Positions 25,101 through 35,259 of a stretch of DNA of 64,000 nt are shown here, in pieces (position 1 is the stretch's first letter; every line of letters begins with the position of its first letter). The notes under the pieces are model-generated. The model saw only the letters and a list, made by a program, of their open reading frames with translations. It was not told the origin of the DNA and made no database searches. A program made the position numbers and the translations under genes. The DNA is taken from the NCBI GenBank assembly GCA_050186295.1, contig JBFWYP010000006.1, positions 65,336 to 129,335 of the forward strand. Reading direction: 5' to 3'. Source of the stretch: Thermoanaerobaculia bacterium. Its GTDB lineage: Bacteria > Acidobacteriota > Thermoanaerobaculia > Multivoradales > JAGPDF01.

Positions 25101-25751
25101 TTAGCGATGGCAGGTCGAGCAGCTGACCTTGCTCTGTACGTTGTGGGCTTCGGCCCAGATCGCCTGCTGCGCCGCGAGGTCGGCCGGGGGCTGCCAGAAG
25201 ACGTTGGTGACCTCGGAGGCCGGCCGCAGGTTCTTCACCGGATCGCGGTGGCAGTCGAGACACCAGCTCATCGTCAGCGGCTGACCCTGGTACATGAGCG
25301 GCATCTTGTCGACGGGGCCGTGGCAGGTGGTGCAGGCCACGCCCTTGGCGACATGGATCGAGTGGTTGAAGTAGACGAAGTCGGGCAGGTCGTTGACCCG
25401 GTTCCAGCGGATCGGCTTGCCTTCGCGGTAGCTCGCCCGGATCGGCTCGAGCAGCTGGGCGTTCGTCCACAGCTGGTTGTGGCAGTTCATGCAGGTCTGG
25501 GTCGGCGGGATCCCCGCCGACGCCTGGCTCTCGACCGCGGTGTGGCAGTAGCGGCAGTCGATTCCGATCTGGGCCACGTGGTGATCGTGGGAGAACGGCA
25601 CCGGCTGTTCGAGAACGATCCCCTGACGCGTCACGTAGCCGGAATGGGCGACGCGCCAGAGCGCGAAGCCTCCCGCCGCGGCGAGGAAGAGGGCCACGAA
25701 GATCGACGCCTTCGCAAAGGCGTTCGCACTGCGAGAGAAGATCTGCGCCAT
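25101..25751 (-). CDS. actA: Alternative complex III subunit ActA (membrane-anchored pentaheme cytochrome c)
   Basis: An N-terminal TM anchor followed by five CxxCH motifs (CRYCH, CMNCH, CTTCH, CLDCH, CSTCH). Confidence 0.8.
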   Translation of the reverse strand: MAQIFSRSANAFAKASIFVALFLAAAGGFALWRVAHSGYVTRQGIVLEQPVPFSHDHHVAQIGIDCRYCHTAVESQASAGIPPTQTCMNCHNQLWTNAQLLEPIRASYREGKPIRWNRVNDLPDFVYFNHSIHVAKGVACTTCHGPVDKMPLMYQGQPLTMSWCLDCHRDPVKNLRPASEVTNVFWQPPADLAAQQAIWAEAHNVQSKVSCSTCHR

Positions 25752-25814
25752 GGTTTCAGACTCTTATCAGTTTCCCGGCAAGATATCGGACGGCCTCGAA
25801 TAGGCGCAACAACC

Positions 25815-25830
25815 TGTGAAAACTTTCACA
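25815..25830. promoter_or_regulatory. Perfect CRP/FNR-family-type palindrome TGTGAAAACTTTCACA (TGTGA-N6-TCACA), 64-79 bp upstream of the actA start codon
   Basis: Read directly from the sequence. The 7-bp arms TGTGAAA/TTTCACA are perfect inverted repeats. A TTGACA hexamer lies just upstream on the coding (minus) strand. Confidence 0.4.
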
Positions 25831-25942
25831 TGTAGAACGGGGTTGTCAACGCGCCGGCGGCGAACGCGTGTGCGGACCGCGACCGCGGAAGCGCTGTGGT
25901 CGCGCTCCGGGTACGCGAACCGGTCGGTGGTTCGGGAACGGT

Positions 25943-26746
25943 TCAGAACAGACCGCGCCACTCGAGGAGCAGAGCGTGGAGGCGCGCGCCGTTCGCCGCA
26001 CCCGTGCGGACGATCAGCTTCTGCGCCGGCGACAGCGCTTCGAGCTCCCGGTCACGGTAGACGTAGACCCCTTCGTGCGCTTCGACCTCGATCGATTCCG
26101 GAGGGACCGGAGCGGCGAGCAGGTGGTCGAACACCTCGCGGAGCGTGGCGTCCAGCGACTGCTCGGGCGACGCCACCTCGTTCCAGGCCGACTCGACGAG
26201 CGGCCGCAGGATCTTCCAGGCCGGACGCGCCGCGCCGACGTCGATCGACTGCAGCGTGTCGACGATGCCGTCGTAGCGGGCGTGGGTCGCCGGGTCGATG
26301 ACCAGCCGGCCCGCTTCGCGACGTACCGCGAACGGTCCGCGGACGCTCGCGACCTCGGCCAGGACCGGGCGCGGGTTCTTGCGCTCGGCGATCGAGAGGA
26401 CCGCCGCGACGAATCGACGCACCAGCGAGTCGTGCCCGAGCCAGCTCGACCAGATCCCGGAGGCGGAGAGCGGCAGGAGCTGTCCGCGCACGAAGGCGTC
26501 GCTCTCGTCGAGGGCCGGCAGATTCACCGCGGCGGCCGGGGCCGTCTGGGCCGTTGCGGCGGCGGCTGGTGCTTCGGCGGCCGGCGCCGGCGCCGGAGGT
26601 GGCGGCGGAGTGCGCCGGAACGCGAAGTAGGCGATGCCCGCGGCCGCCAGGACGACCGCGGCCACCGCGGCGGCGAGCGTGCCGGTCGAGGAGCGGCGCT
26701 CGGGATCGGGGTTCCAGTCGGGGCTGGGCTGCAGTTCGTCGTCCAC
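25943..26746 (-). CDS. Membrane-anchored hypothetical protein (DUF3014-like)
   Basis: N-terminal TM (LAAAVAAVVLAAAGIAYFAF), a Pro/Ala-rich linker, then a ~180-aa globular domain. No catalytic motifs recognised. Confidence 0.45.
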   Translation of the reverse strand: MDDELQPSPDWNPDPERRSSTGTLAAAVAAVVLAAAGIAYFAFRRTPPPPPAPAPAAEAPAAAATAQTAPAAAVNLPALDESDAFVRGQLLPLSASGIWSSWLGHDSLVRRFVAAVLSIAERKNPRPVLAEVASVRGPFAVRREAGRLVIDPATHARYDGIVDTLQSIDVGAARPAWKILRPLVESAWNEVASPEQSLDATLREVFDHLLAAPVPPESIEVEAHEGVYVYRDRELEALSPAQKLIVRTGAANGARLHALLLEWRGLF

Positions 26747-26928
26747 CGGGGCCTCCTCGTGTTCGTGTCAGGCCGTCCCTCGCCTGCGGACTCCGGTCCG
26801 CCGCAGCGTACGGAGGGGCGCCCAGATTGTCACAGCGGGCGACCTGTCGCCGAGCCACGGGTCACACGTGCGACCGCACACGATCCTCGCGATAGTCTCT
26901 CGCGGTTCGGAATTCGCGGAGGAAGTCC

Positions 26929-27675
26929 ATGAAGAAGCGCCTGGAACGGATACAGAGCCCTCAACTCGGTCGCGGCATCAGTCTCTGGACCTACGGTCAC
27001 TGGGGGCAGCCGCTCGTCGTCTTCCCGACGGCCGCGGGATTCGCCCACGAGTGGGAAGCGCAGGGGATGGTGGAGGCGCTCGAGCCGTTCCTCGACGCCG
27101 GCAAGATCAAGCTGTACTGCCCGGAGTCGAACGTCTCCGAGGCCTGGACGAAGAAGGAGAACGATCCCGAGTGGCGGATCGGCCGGCACGTCGCGTACGA
27201 GCGCTTCGTCATCGAGACGCTGGTGCCGCACATCCGCCAGGACTGCAACGCGCCGCAGACCTGGATGGCCACTGCCGGCTCGTCGCTCGGCGGCTTCTAC
27301 TCGGCCAACTTCGCGCTCAAGTTCCCCGAGATCTTCCGCTGGTCGCTGTCGATGAGCGGGCGCTACTCGATGACCCACTTCACGGACGGCTTCGCCAACA
27401 GCGACGTCTACTTCAACAATCCGCTGGCCTACGTGCGCGGCCTCTCGGGCGAGCCGCTCGAGCGCATCCGCCGCAACGCCCACCTCGTCCTGGTCTGCGG
27501 CCAGGGGGCGTTCGAGGAGGGCTGCATCGAGGAGACCCAGGCGCTCGCCGACCTCTTCGAGGCCAAGGGGATCCCCCACGATCGCGACATCTGGGGCCAC
27601 GACGTCTCCCACCAGTGGACCTGGTGGAAGCGTCAGGCGCAGTACCACCTGGCGCGACGGTTCGGAGCGGTCTGA
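26929..27675 (+). CDS. Esterase family protein (alpha/beta hydrolase, putative-esterase/Ag85-like)
   Basis: GxSxG nucleophile motif AGSSLGG, the conserved YFNNPLAYV region, and a His near the C-terminus. Confidence 0.7.
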   Translation: MKKRLERIQSPQLGRGISLWTYGHWGQPLVVFPTAAGFAHEWEAQGMVEALEPFLDAGKIKLYCPESNVSEAWTKKENDPEWRIGRHVAYERFVIETLVPHIRQDCNAPQTWMATAGSSLGGFYSANFALKFPEIFRWSLSMSGRYSMTHFTDGFANSDVYFNNPLAYVRGLSGEPLERIRRNAHLVLVCGQGAFEEGCIEETQALADLFEAKGIPHDRDIWGHDVSHQWTWWKRQAQYHLARRFGAV

Positions 27676-27691
27676 CAGGACGGGGGCGGGC

Positions 27692-28453
27692 CTACTTCTT
27701 CTTCCGCGCCTGGGCCTGCGCCATCGGGTCGTACTTCACTTCCTGGTAGCCGGCCGGGGGGTCGTACTGTCCGGCGGGGGCCGGCCGGTCTTCGACCTTG
27801 GTGAGCTCGGAGCTGCTGCCGAAGGTCTTCCCCATGACGGTGGTGGAGGTGTCGGAGCGCACCGGGAAGCCCTTGATCTTCTCGGCCATCTCCTTGATCC
27901 ACTGCGAGTTCGGGGCGAGCTCGCCCTGCATCTCCTGGAGCGCCTTGTAGCGTGAGATGTCGATCGGCAGCTTCTCGGTCGAGCAGATGTCCATCGCCAT
28001 CTGCATCATGCCCATCGAGATGTTCACCTTGGAGTAGTTGCACGAGACTCCCGCGAACTCGCCGGTGCGGTCGGTCGGCGTGACCGTGGTCGACGCCGCC
28101 ATCGACTTCATCATCATCTCGATCATCGGCGCCATCTCGTCGGGAACGATCTGCTCGAAGGTGAACGGAAGGTTGATCGTCGAGTAGGTTCTGGCGTCGT
28201 GGTTCACGAAGTAGAGCTTCTTCGCGTCCGTGCGGACGATCACCGACGTCTCTCCGGCGTCGAAGCGCGTGCCGTTCGGCCCGAACCAGTATTCGTGGTC
28301 GATGTCCTGTGCCGGCGTCTTGGTGCCCATCATCTGCATGGCATCGGTGTGGCTGCGCATCACGAGGACCTTGTCGGCGGCGAGCGGCGCGCTGGCGACG
28401 AGGGCGGCGAGACAGGCGGCGGAGGCGAGCTTTCTCGGTGCGTTCGGCTGCAT
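27692..28453 (-). CDS. Secreted hypothetical protein (DUF4412-like)
   Basis: Signal peptide MQPNAPRKLASAACLAALVASAPLAA. The start is trimmed to 28453, with an AAGGAG-like RBS. Confidence 0.5.
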   Translation of the reverse strand: MQPNAPRKLASAACLAALVASAPLAADKVLVMRSHTDAMQMMGTKTPAQDIDHEYWFGPNGTRFDAGETSVIVRTDAKKLYFVNHDARTYSTINLPFTFEQIVPDEMAPMIEMMMKSMAASTTVTPTDRTGEFAGVSCNYSKVNISMGMMQMAMDICSTEKLPIDISRYKALQEMQGELAPNSQWIKEMAEKIKGFPVRSDTSTTVMGKTFGSSSELTKVEDRPAPAGQYDPPAGYQEVKYDPMAQAQARKKK

Positions 28454-28602
28454 TTCGGCTCCTTGGAGTTCCCGGTCGGGGGTGACGTTCGCGGGCGATC
28501 CCGGGTGTGGTCTCGGCGTCGGACTCGGCGCCCGCATGCGAGGGTGCGATTGTAACCGAGCCGGTTGCGGAAGCACGACGAGCGGGGTCTAAGATCTCCG
28601 AC

Positions 28603-31600
28603 ATGCGATCCGCGCTCCGCCTCTCGAGGATTCTCCACCGGTTCGGTTCCTCCCGTTCGTGCGCGGCAGGGGTCGCCTTTGGTCTCGTCGTCGTCGTCGT
28701 CGCCGGCTGCCAGGCGGGTGCCGCGACGATCGTCGAAAACGGAAAGAAGAGCGCGATGTCCGAAGCCGGCCCAGAGACCTGGAAGGAGATCGATCGCCTG
28801 GTCGGCGAGCAGAAGCTCGAGGCGGCGGCGAAGCTGGTCGATGCCCGGGTCGCTGCGGCGGACGAAGCCCGGAACGACGACGAGCTCGCCCGGGCACTGG
28901 TGCGGCGGGCGCAGCTCCGCATCGCCCTCGGCGGCTTCGCGACCGCGGTCGAGGCGCTGCGCGCGAGCCGCTGGCCGGAGAAACCGCTCGCGCATGCCGC
29001 GGTCGAGCTCTACTACGCGCACGCCCTGCTCGACTATCTCGAGGCCTACGACTGGGAGATCCGGCAGCGCGAGCTCGTCGTCTCGGGCGAGACTCTCGAC
29101 CTCGAGCGCTGGACCGCGGCGCAGCTCGCGGACGAAGCCGAGCGGGCGTTCCTCGACGTCTGGGAGAGCCGCGAGGCGCTCGGCGCCGTCGCAGTCGACG
29201 ACTTCCCGTACCTGCGCCCGAACGACTTCCCCGAAGGGATCCGCGACACGCTGCGCGACGCGGTCTCCTACCTCTTCGTCGAGCGGATGCTCGGCAACTC
29301 GCGCTTCTGGTCGGCCGCCGAATCGAACGAGGCCTGGCAACTCGACCTCGAGAACCTGATCGCCGACCGCCCCGTCGTGCCCGCGACGGGGCCGGTCCAC
29401 CCGCTGCTCCGTGCCGCCGTCGTGCTCGCCGACCTCGAGGCGTGGCACCGCGGCAGGAGGGAGCTCGGGGCCGAGCTCCAGGCGCGGATCGCGCGGCAGG
29501 CGACGATCGCCGATCACCGCGAGGGCGCCACGGACCGCGGGCGCCTCCGCGCGGAGCTCGAGCGGCGGCTGCCGCGCTACCGCGACGACCCGTGGTGGGC
29601 CGTCGGCGTCGCCGACCTCGCCGGCGACATCGATCGCGACGACCCGGCGCCGGATCACCGGATCCGCGCGCGCGAGCTCACGCTCCGGGGCGAGCAGGCC
29701 TATCCCGGGAGCTACGGCGCCGACCGCTGCCGGCAGCTGCGGGAGGAGATCGAGGCGCCCGACTTCTCGGTCCAGGCGATGTCCTCGGACGGACCGCGGG
29801 AGCGGTCGTTCGAGGTGACGCACCGCAATCTGCCGCGTCTCCACTTCCGTGCCTTCCGTGTCGATCCCGACGCCGAGCTCGGGCGGGCGGAGTTCCGGGG
29901 GGTCTTCCCCAACGACGCGCGCGAGATCGAGCGCCGGCTGGCCGACAGACCGGTCGCCGAGTGGACCGCCGAGCTGCCGCCGACGCCGGACTACTCGTCG
30001 CACCGCACGTTCGACACCCCGCCCCTCGCCGAAGCGGGCCTCTACTTCGTCGTCGCCTCCGCCGACCGGTCGTTCCGGGCGCGGGGCAACCGGCGCGTGG
30101 CGGTTCCGTTCCTGGTTTCGGACCTCGTCCTCCTCGAAGGGGCGGCGAACGAGAATCCCTGGGAGGTCCGCGTCGTGTCGGGAGGAAGCGGCGCGGCGAT
30201 CGCCGGCGCCGAGGTCGCGCTCTACCGCAACACCTGGCGCCGGGCCCCCGAGCGGATCGCGACGGAGAAGAGCGGTGCGGACGGCCGCGCGCGGCTCGCG
30301 GCGGAGACCGGCCGCGACGCGACGAACTTCCTCGTGGTGGCGCGGCGCGGGGGCGACATCGCCTTCTCGCAGCGCTACCTCTACGGCCGGCGGAGCGAGC
30401 CTTCCGAGCAGACCGCCGCCCTCGTCTTCACCGACCGCGCGATCTACCGGCCACTGCAGAAGGTCGAATGGAAGATCCTGGGCTACCGCAGCGGTCCGGC
30501 GCGCGGGCGGCTGGTACCGTCGCCGCGGATGCCGGCGACGGTCTCGCTCCTCGACCCGAACGGCGAGGAGGTGCAGGAGCTCGCCGTCACCACGAACGAG
30601 TTCGGGACGGCGGCGGGCGCGTTCGAGATTCCGGCCGGGCGCCTCCTCGGGCTCTGGACGGTCCGCACGACGGCGAACGGCTCGGCGTCGATCCGTGTGG
30701 AGGAGTACAAACGGCCCACGTTCGAGGTCGAGATCGGCGAGCCGGACTCGGCGCTGCGGCTCAACCGTGTCGCCGAGCTCGTCGGGAACGCGCGCTACTA
30801 CTTCGGCCTGCCGGTGGCGGGCGGCAGGGTCGCCTGGCGCGTGACGCGGACGCCCGAGTGGCCGGTCTGGTGGCGGTTCTGGGCGCCGCCCGGCGGCGCC
30901 ACCGAAGCGCAGACGATCGCCAGCGGTGTGGCTCCGCTGTCCGACGACGGCACCTTCCGCGTCCGCTTCACACCCGCCGCCGACGAGCGCGAGAAGACGA
31001 GCGGCGCGACCTATCGCTACCGCCTCGAGGCGGACGTCACCGACGACGGCGGCGAGACCCGGAGCGGCGACCGTACGTTCCGCCTCGGCTGGGTGGCGGT
31101 CGAGGCGACGCTCGAGAAGGAGGATCCGCTCTTCGTCGCCGGTGAGGCGATGACCGTCGTCGCGACGCGCCGCGATCTCGACGGAGTCGCGCGTCCGGGC
31201 AGCGGGAGCTTCCGGCTCGTCGCGCTCGACGTGCCGGCGAGAGCGCCGCTCCCGGCCGCGCTCCCCGTCCGTCCCGCGCACGCGGCGGCGAAGGACGATC
31301 CGTACGCGACGCCCGGCGACGCGCTCCGGCCGCGCTGGTCGGGCGGCACGACCGTCGCCGACACGCTCGCCTTCTACGCCGACGGCCGCGAAGTACGGCG
31401 CGGCGAGCTGGCGCACGATGCGCGGGGGCGCTCGACGATCGACCTGGCGGGCGTCCCGGCCGGTGCCTATCGCCTGCGGTACGCGACGACCGACCCGTTC
31501 GGCGAGACCTTCGAGAACCGTCTCGACTTCGTCGTCGCCGCGACCGCAGGCGGAGGCGCGAAACTCGCGCTGCCGGCGGCGATCCTCTTCGATCGCGGCG

Positions 31601-34600
31601 AGGCCCGGCCGGGCGATACCGCCAGGCTCTGGGTGCACTCCGATCTCGGTGACGCTCCGGCCGAAGTCGAGCTCCACCGCGGAGACGAGATCGTCTGGCG
31701 GAAGCAGGTGCGTCTCCGGGGCACGACCTGGTTCGACGTCCCGGTGGCCGAGGCGGATCGCGGCGGGCTCGCCGCGCGCCTGGTGCTGGTCGCCGAGCAT
31801 CAGCTGATGGCGCCCGGCGTTTCGCTCGCCGTGCCGTGGACGAACCGTGAGCTGGCGGTCGAGATCTCGTCGCTCCGCGACAAGCTGACGCCGGGCGGCA
31901 GGGAGAGCTTCCGCGTCACGGTGAAGGACGCGAAGGGGCGCGCCGTCGAGGCGGGCGCCGCCGAGCTCCTCGCCTCGATGTACGACCGCAGCCTCGACCT
32001 CTTCGCCCCGTTCTCGCAGCCGCGGCCGATCGCCCTCTTTCCGACCACGACCTCCCTTCCGCCGGTGCAGAGCAGCCTCGGCACGACCGGTGCGGTCTGG
32101 ATCCGCGACGAAGAGTGGGTCAAGCGCAGCGTGGCGCGCAGCGTCTCGGGCGATTCGTTCGTCGAGATCTCGCCCTACGGCATCGGCGGACCGGGCGGGA
32201 GGTTCCGCCGCTTCGGCGGCTACGCGCGCGGCGGCGTCGCCATGGCCGACGCGGCGATGCCGGCTTCGGCTCCGCCACCGCCGCAGCCGCTGGCGAAGGA
32301 GGCGGAGGCGGACCAGGGAACGGCGGTGGCGGAGAGCCTCGCGGTGCGGTCGGAGGCCCCCACGGCGGACGTCCCGCTGCGCTCGAACTTCGCCGAGACG
32401 GCGTTCTGGCGACCGCAGCTCCTCACCGGCGCCGACGGTTCGGCGACGATCGAGTTCACCGTGCCCGACTCGGTGACTTCGTGGCGGCTCTGGGTGTCGG
32501 CGCTCACGAAGTCGTTCGCCTCGGGGTTCTCGGAGCGCCAGGTCGACTCGGTGAAGGAGCTGATGGTGCGGCCGTATCTGCCGCGCTTCCTGCGCGAGGG
32601 GGACCGCGCCGAGCTCAAGGTGGTGGTGAACGACGCCGGCGATTCGCCGCTCTCCGGCACGGCGCGACTCGAGATCTTCGACCCGGAGACGAACGAGTCG
32701 CTGCTCGGCGAGTTCGGTCTCGACGCCTCGTCCTCGTCGCGGCCGTTCCGGGTCGAACCGGGCAGGGGAGTCGACCTCCTCTTTCCGCTCGCGGCGCCGC
32801 ACCGCGTCGGCCCGACCGCCTTCAAGGTCACCGCCACGGCGGGGAATCTCTCGGACGGCGAGCTGCGGCCGCTTCCGGTCCTGCCGTCGCGGATCCGGCT
32901 CGCGCAGTCGCGCTTCGTGACCCTGAAGAACGCCGACCGCCGCGAGATGACGTTCGACGAAATGAAGCTCCCCGATCCGACGCGCGAGAACGAGCAGCTC
33001 GTGGTGACCGTCGACGGCCAGCTCTTCTACTCGATGCTCGACGCCCTGCCGTATCTCGTCGACTATCCGTACGAGTGCACCGAGCAGACGATGAACCGCT
33101 TCGTCTCGACCGGGATGCTGGCGAGCCTCTTCGACGGCTACCCGGCGCTCGCCGCGATGGCCGCGGAGATGGCGGAGCGGGAGACGCCGTACGAGCGCTT
33201 CGATGCCGCCGATCCGAACCGCAGCATGGGACTCGAAGAGACTCCCTGGCTGCGCGAGTCGCGCGGCAGCGCCGCCGGCGCGGAGGGCGTCGATTTCCTG
33301 CGCGTGCTCGACCCGACGGTCTCGCGAGCCGAGCGCGACGACGCCCTGGCCAAGCTCGCGAAGGCGCAGCTGCCGAACGGCGGCTTCCCCTGGTTCTCCG
33401 GCGGTCCGGCCTCGCCCTACATCACTCTCTATCTCGCGAGCGGCTTCGCGCGGGCGGCCGAGTTCGGTGTCGACGTGCCGAAGCCGATGGTCCAGCGCGC
33501 CTGGAGCTATCTCGGCGCCGAGGCGAAGCGCGACTGGCTGCCGAAGGCGATCGCCGACGACTGCTGCTGGGAGCTCCTCACGTTCCTCAACTACGTCGCC
33601 TCGTCGTATCCCGACGAGTCGTGGGTGGGCGACTTCCTCGAGCCGGCCGACCGGAAGCGGATCCTCGACTTCTCGTTCAAGCACTGGAAAGAGCACGCCC
33701 CGCTCCTCAAGCTCCAGCTCGCGCTGACGCTCCAGCGCGCGGGGCGTCCCGCGGACGCGAAGCTGGTGCTCGCGAGCGTCATGGACTCGGCGAAGACGAC
33801 GCGCGACGAAGGCACCTTCTGGCAGCCGGAGGACCGCTCCTGGCTCTGGTACAACGACCGGATCGAGACCCACGCCTGGGCGCTGCGGGCGCTGATGGAG
33901 ATCACCCCCGACGATCCGCGCCGCGACGGACTGGTGCAGTGGCTGTTCCTCAACAAGAAGCTCAACCACTGGAAGTCGACGCGCGCGACGGCGGAGGTGC
34001 TCTATTCGCTCGCCTGGTACCTCCGGGCGACGAATCAGCTCGCGGTGCGCGAAGAGGCGTCCGTCACCGCGGCGCACCGGACGACGACGTTCGTCTTCGA
34101 ACCCGAACGCTTCACCGGCAGGAAGAACCAGGTCGTCGTCGAGGGTGCGAAGCTCGACGCGGAGAAGCGGCCGGCCGATGCCACGGTCGTCGTCGAGAAG
34201 ACGACTCCCGGTCTCCTCTTCGCCTCGGCGACCTGGCGGTTCTCGACCGAGGAGCTGCCGGCGGAGGCGCGCGGCGATCTGTTCGAGGTCACGCGGCGCT
34301 ACTTCCGGCGCGTCAAGACGGGCGACGAGGTCACGCTTCGTCCGCTCGACCGCAGCGCGCGCCTCGCGGTCGGCGATGAAGTCGAAGTCCAGCTCTCGGT
34401 CCGTGCGAAGGCGGCGGCCGAGTACGTGCACCTCCGCGATCCGCGCCCGGCCGGGCTCGAGCCCGATCGCGCGGTGTCGGGGTGGAAGTGGGATCTGGGC
34501 CTCGCGCGCTACGAGGAAACGCGCGACAGCGGCTCGAACTTCTTCTTCGAACGGCTGCCGGCCGGCGAGTACACGATGAAGTACCGCCTGCGGGCGAACC

Positions 34601-34704
34601 TGGCCGGCGAGTTCCGGAGCGCCCCCGCCCAGCTCCAGTCGATCTACGCTCCCGAGTTCGTCGCCTACTCGGCCGGCGAGCGGCTGGTCATCGCCTCGCC
34701 CTGA
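28603..34704 (+). CDS. Alpha-2-macroglobulin family lipoprotein with thioester motif (bacterial A2M, ~2033 aa)
   Basis: Lipobox VVVVAGC after the signal peptide, thioester motif YPYECTEQTMNRF (CxEQ), and a long MG-domain-like region. Start trimmed from 28507 to the ATG at 28603. Confidence 0.75.
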   Translation: MRSALRLSRILHRFGSSRSCAAGVAFGLVVVVVAGCQAGAATIVENGKKSAMSEAGPETWKEIDRLVGEQKLEAAAKLVDARVAAADEARNDDELARALVRRAQLRIALGGFATAVEALRASRWPEKPLAHAAVELYYAHALLDYLEAYDWEIRQRELVVSGETLDLERWTAAQLADEAERAFLDVWESREALGAVAVDDFPYLRPNDFPEGIRDTLRDAVSYLFVERMLGNSRFWSAAESNEAWQLDLENLIADRPVVPATGPVHPLLRAAVVLADLEAWHRGRRELGAELQARIARQATIADHREGATDRGRLRAELERRLPRYRDDPWWAVGVADLAGDIDRDDPAPDHRIRARELTLRGEQAYPGSYGADRCRQLREEIEAPDFSVQAMSSDGPRERSFEVTHRNLPRLHFRAFRVDPDAELGRAEFRGVFPNDAREIERRLADRPVAEWTAELPPTPDYSSHRTFDTPPLAEAGLYFVVASADRSFRARGNRRVAVPFLVSDLVLLEGAANENPWEVRVVSGGSGAAIAGAEVALYRNTWRRAPERIATEKSGADGRARLAAETGRDATNFLVVARRGGDIAFSQRYLYGRRSEPSEQTAALVFTDRAIYRPLQKVEWKILGYRSGPARGRLVPSPRMPATVSLLDPNGEEVQELAVTTNEFGTAAGAFEIPAGRLLGLWTVRTTANGSASIRVEEYKRPTFEVEIGEPDSALRLNRVAELVGNARYYFGLPVAGGRVAWRVTRTPEWPVWWRFWAPPGGATEAQTIASGVAPLSDDGTFRVRFTPAADEREKTSGATYRYRLEADVTDDGGETRSGDRTFRLGWVAVEATLEKEDPLFVAGEAMTVVATRRDLDGVARPGSGSFRLVALDVPARAPLPAALPVRPAHAAAKDDPYATPGDALRPRWSGGTTVADTLAFYADGREVRRGELAHDARGRSTIDLAGVPAGAYRLRYATTDPFGETFENRLDFVVAATAGGGAKLALPAAILFDRGEARPGDTARLWVHSDLGDAPAEVELHRGDEIVWRKQVRLRGTTWFDVPVAEADRGGLAARLVLVAEHQLMAPGVSLAVPWTNRELAVEISSLRDKLTPGGRESFRVTVKDAKGRAVEAGAAELLASMYDRSLDLFAPFSQPRPIALFPTTTSLPPVQSSLGTTGAVWIRDEEWVKRSVARSVSGDSFVEISPYGIGGPGGRFRRFGGYARGGVAMADAAMPASAPPPPQPLAKEAEADQGTAVAESLAVRSEAPTADVPLRSNFAETAFWRPQLLTGADGSATIEFTVPDSVTSWRLWVSALTKSFASGFSERQVDSVKELMVRPYLPRFLREGDRAELKVVVNDAGDSPLSGTARLEIFDPETNESLLGEFGLDASSSSRPFRVEPGRGVDLLFPLAAPHRVGPTAFKVTATAGNLSDGELRPLPVLPSRIRLAQSRFVTLKNADRREMTFDEMKLPDPTRENEQLVVTVDGQLFYSMLDALPYLVDYPYECTEQTMNRFVSTGMLASLFDGYPALAAMAAEMAERETPYERFDAADPNRSMGLEETPWLRESRGSAAGAEGVDFLRVLDPTVSRAERDDALAKLAKAQLPNGGFPWFSGGPASPYITLYLASGFARAAEFGVDVPKPMVQRAWSYLGAEAKRDWLPKAIADDCCWELLTFLNYVASSYPDESWVGDFLEPADRKRILDFSFKHWKEHAPLLKLQLALTLQRAGRPADAKLVLASVMDSAKTTRDEGTFWQPEDRSWLWYNDRIETHAWALRALMEITPDDPRRDGLVQWLFLNKKLNHWKSTRATAEVLYSLAWYLRATNQLAVREEASVTAAHRTTTFVFEPERFTGRKNQVVVEGAKLDAEKRPADATVVVEKTTPGLLFASATWRFSTEELPAEARGDLFEVTRRYFRRVKTGDEVTLRPLDRSARLAVGDEVEVQLSVRAKAAAEYVHLRDPRPAGLEPDRAVSGWKWDLGLARYEETRDSGSNFFFERLPAGEYTMKYRLRANLAGEFRSAPAQLQSIYAPEFVAYSAGERLVIASP

Positions 34705-34716
34705 GAAGCGGCGGCG

Positions 34717-35148
34717 TCAGCGCTCCTTCGGCTCCACGATCAGGTAGACGACGGTCGTGTCGCCGATGTTCTCGATCTCGTGCCAGGCGACCCCGGTGCT
34801 CGAGAACGAGCTGCCGGTCGCGAGCTCGGCCTCGCGGACGCCGCGTTCGTCGGTGATCCGGACGCGGCCGCCGGCGAGCGCGTAGCCGAAGTGCGCCGCG
34901 TGGAAGTGACGCTCGTGACCGGTCCCGGGCGGGAAGGTGCAACGCAGGACGCGGAGCGTGGCGGACTCTTCGAGACGCTCGCACACGGGCGTGCCGCGCC
35001 AGCCCGCCGCCAGCGGATCCGGCAGGCCGTCGCCCGCCGCTCGCGGCTTCGGGAGCGGGGCCGTGGCGCAGGCCGCGCCGAGAACCAAGAGCGCCGCCGC
35101 GAAGATCCAGGCCGGGGCGCATGTCCGCACGCTCGATGGACGGGGCAT
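34717..35148 (-). CDS. Secreted cupin-domain protein
   Basis: Signal peptide, then a two-His cupin motif HERHFHAAHFGYALAGG...GVAWHEIEN. Confidence 0.6.
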   Translation of the reverse strand: MPRPSSVRTCAPAWIFAAALLVLGAACATAPLPKPRAAGDGLPDPLAAGWRGTPVCERLEESATLRVLRCTFPPGTGHERHFHAAHFGYALAGGRVRITDERGVREAELATGSSFSSTGVAWHEIENIGDTTVVYLIVEPKER

Positions 35149-35259
35149 CGCAGGGGCAGCCTAGCGCGGCCGGCGGCCGTCCTTCCCGAGCTAGAATGCC
35201 TGCTTTCCACCAGCCCGCCGGCCCGCATCCGCGAGCCGGTCGAAGACCCGGAGAACAGC

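Noticed and set aside
28360-34431. 2023-aa ORF on the minus strand, antisense to the alpha-2-macroglobulin gene
   Set aside because: Its composition is extremely Arg/Pro/Gly-rich and low-complexity, as is typical of mirror frames in 70% GC DNA. The plus-strand frame carries recognisable A2M motifs (lipobox, CTEQ thioester).
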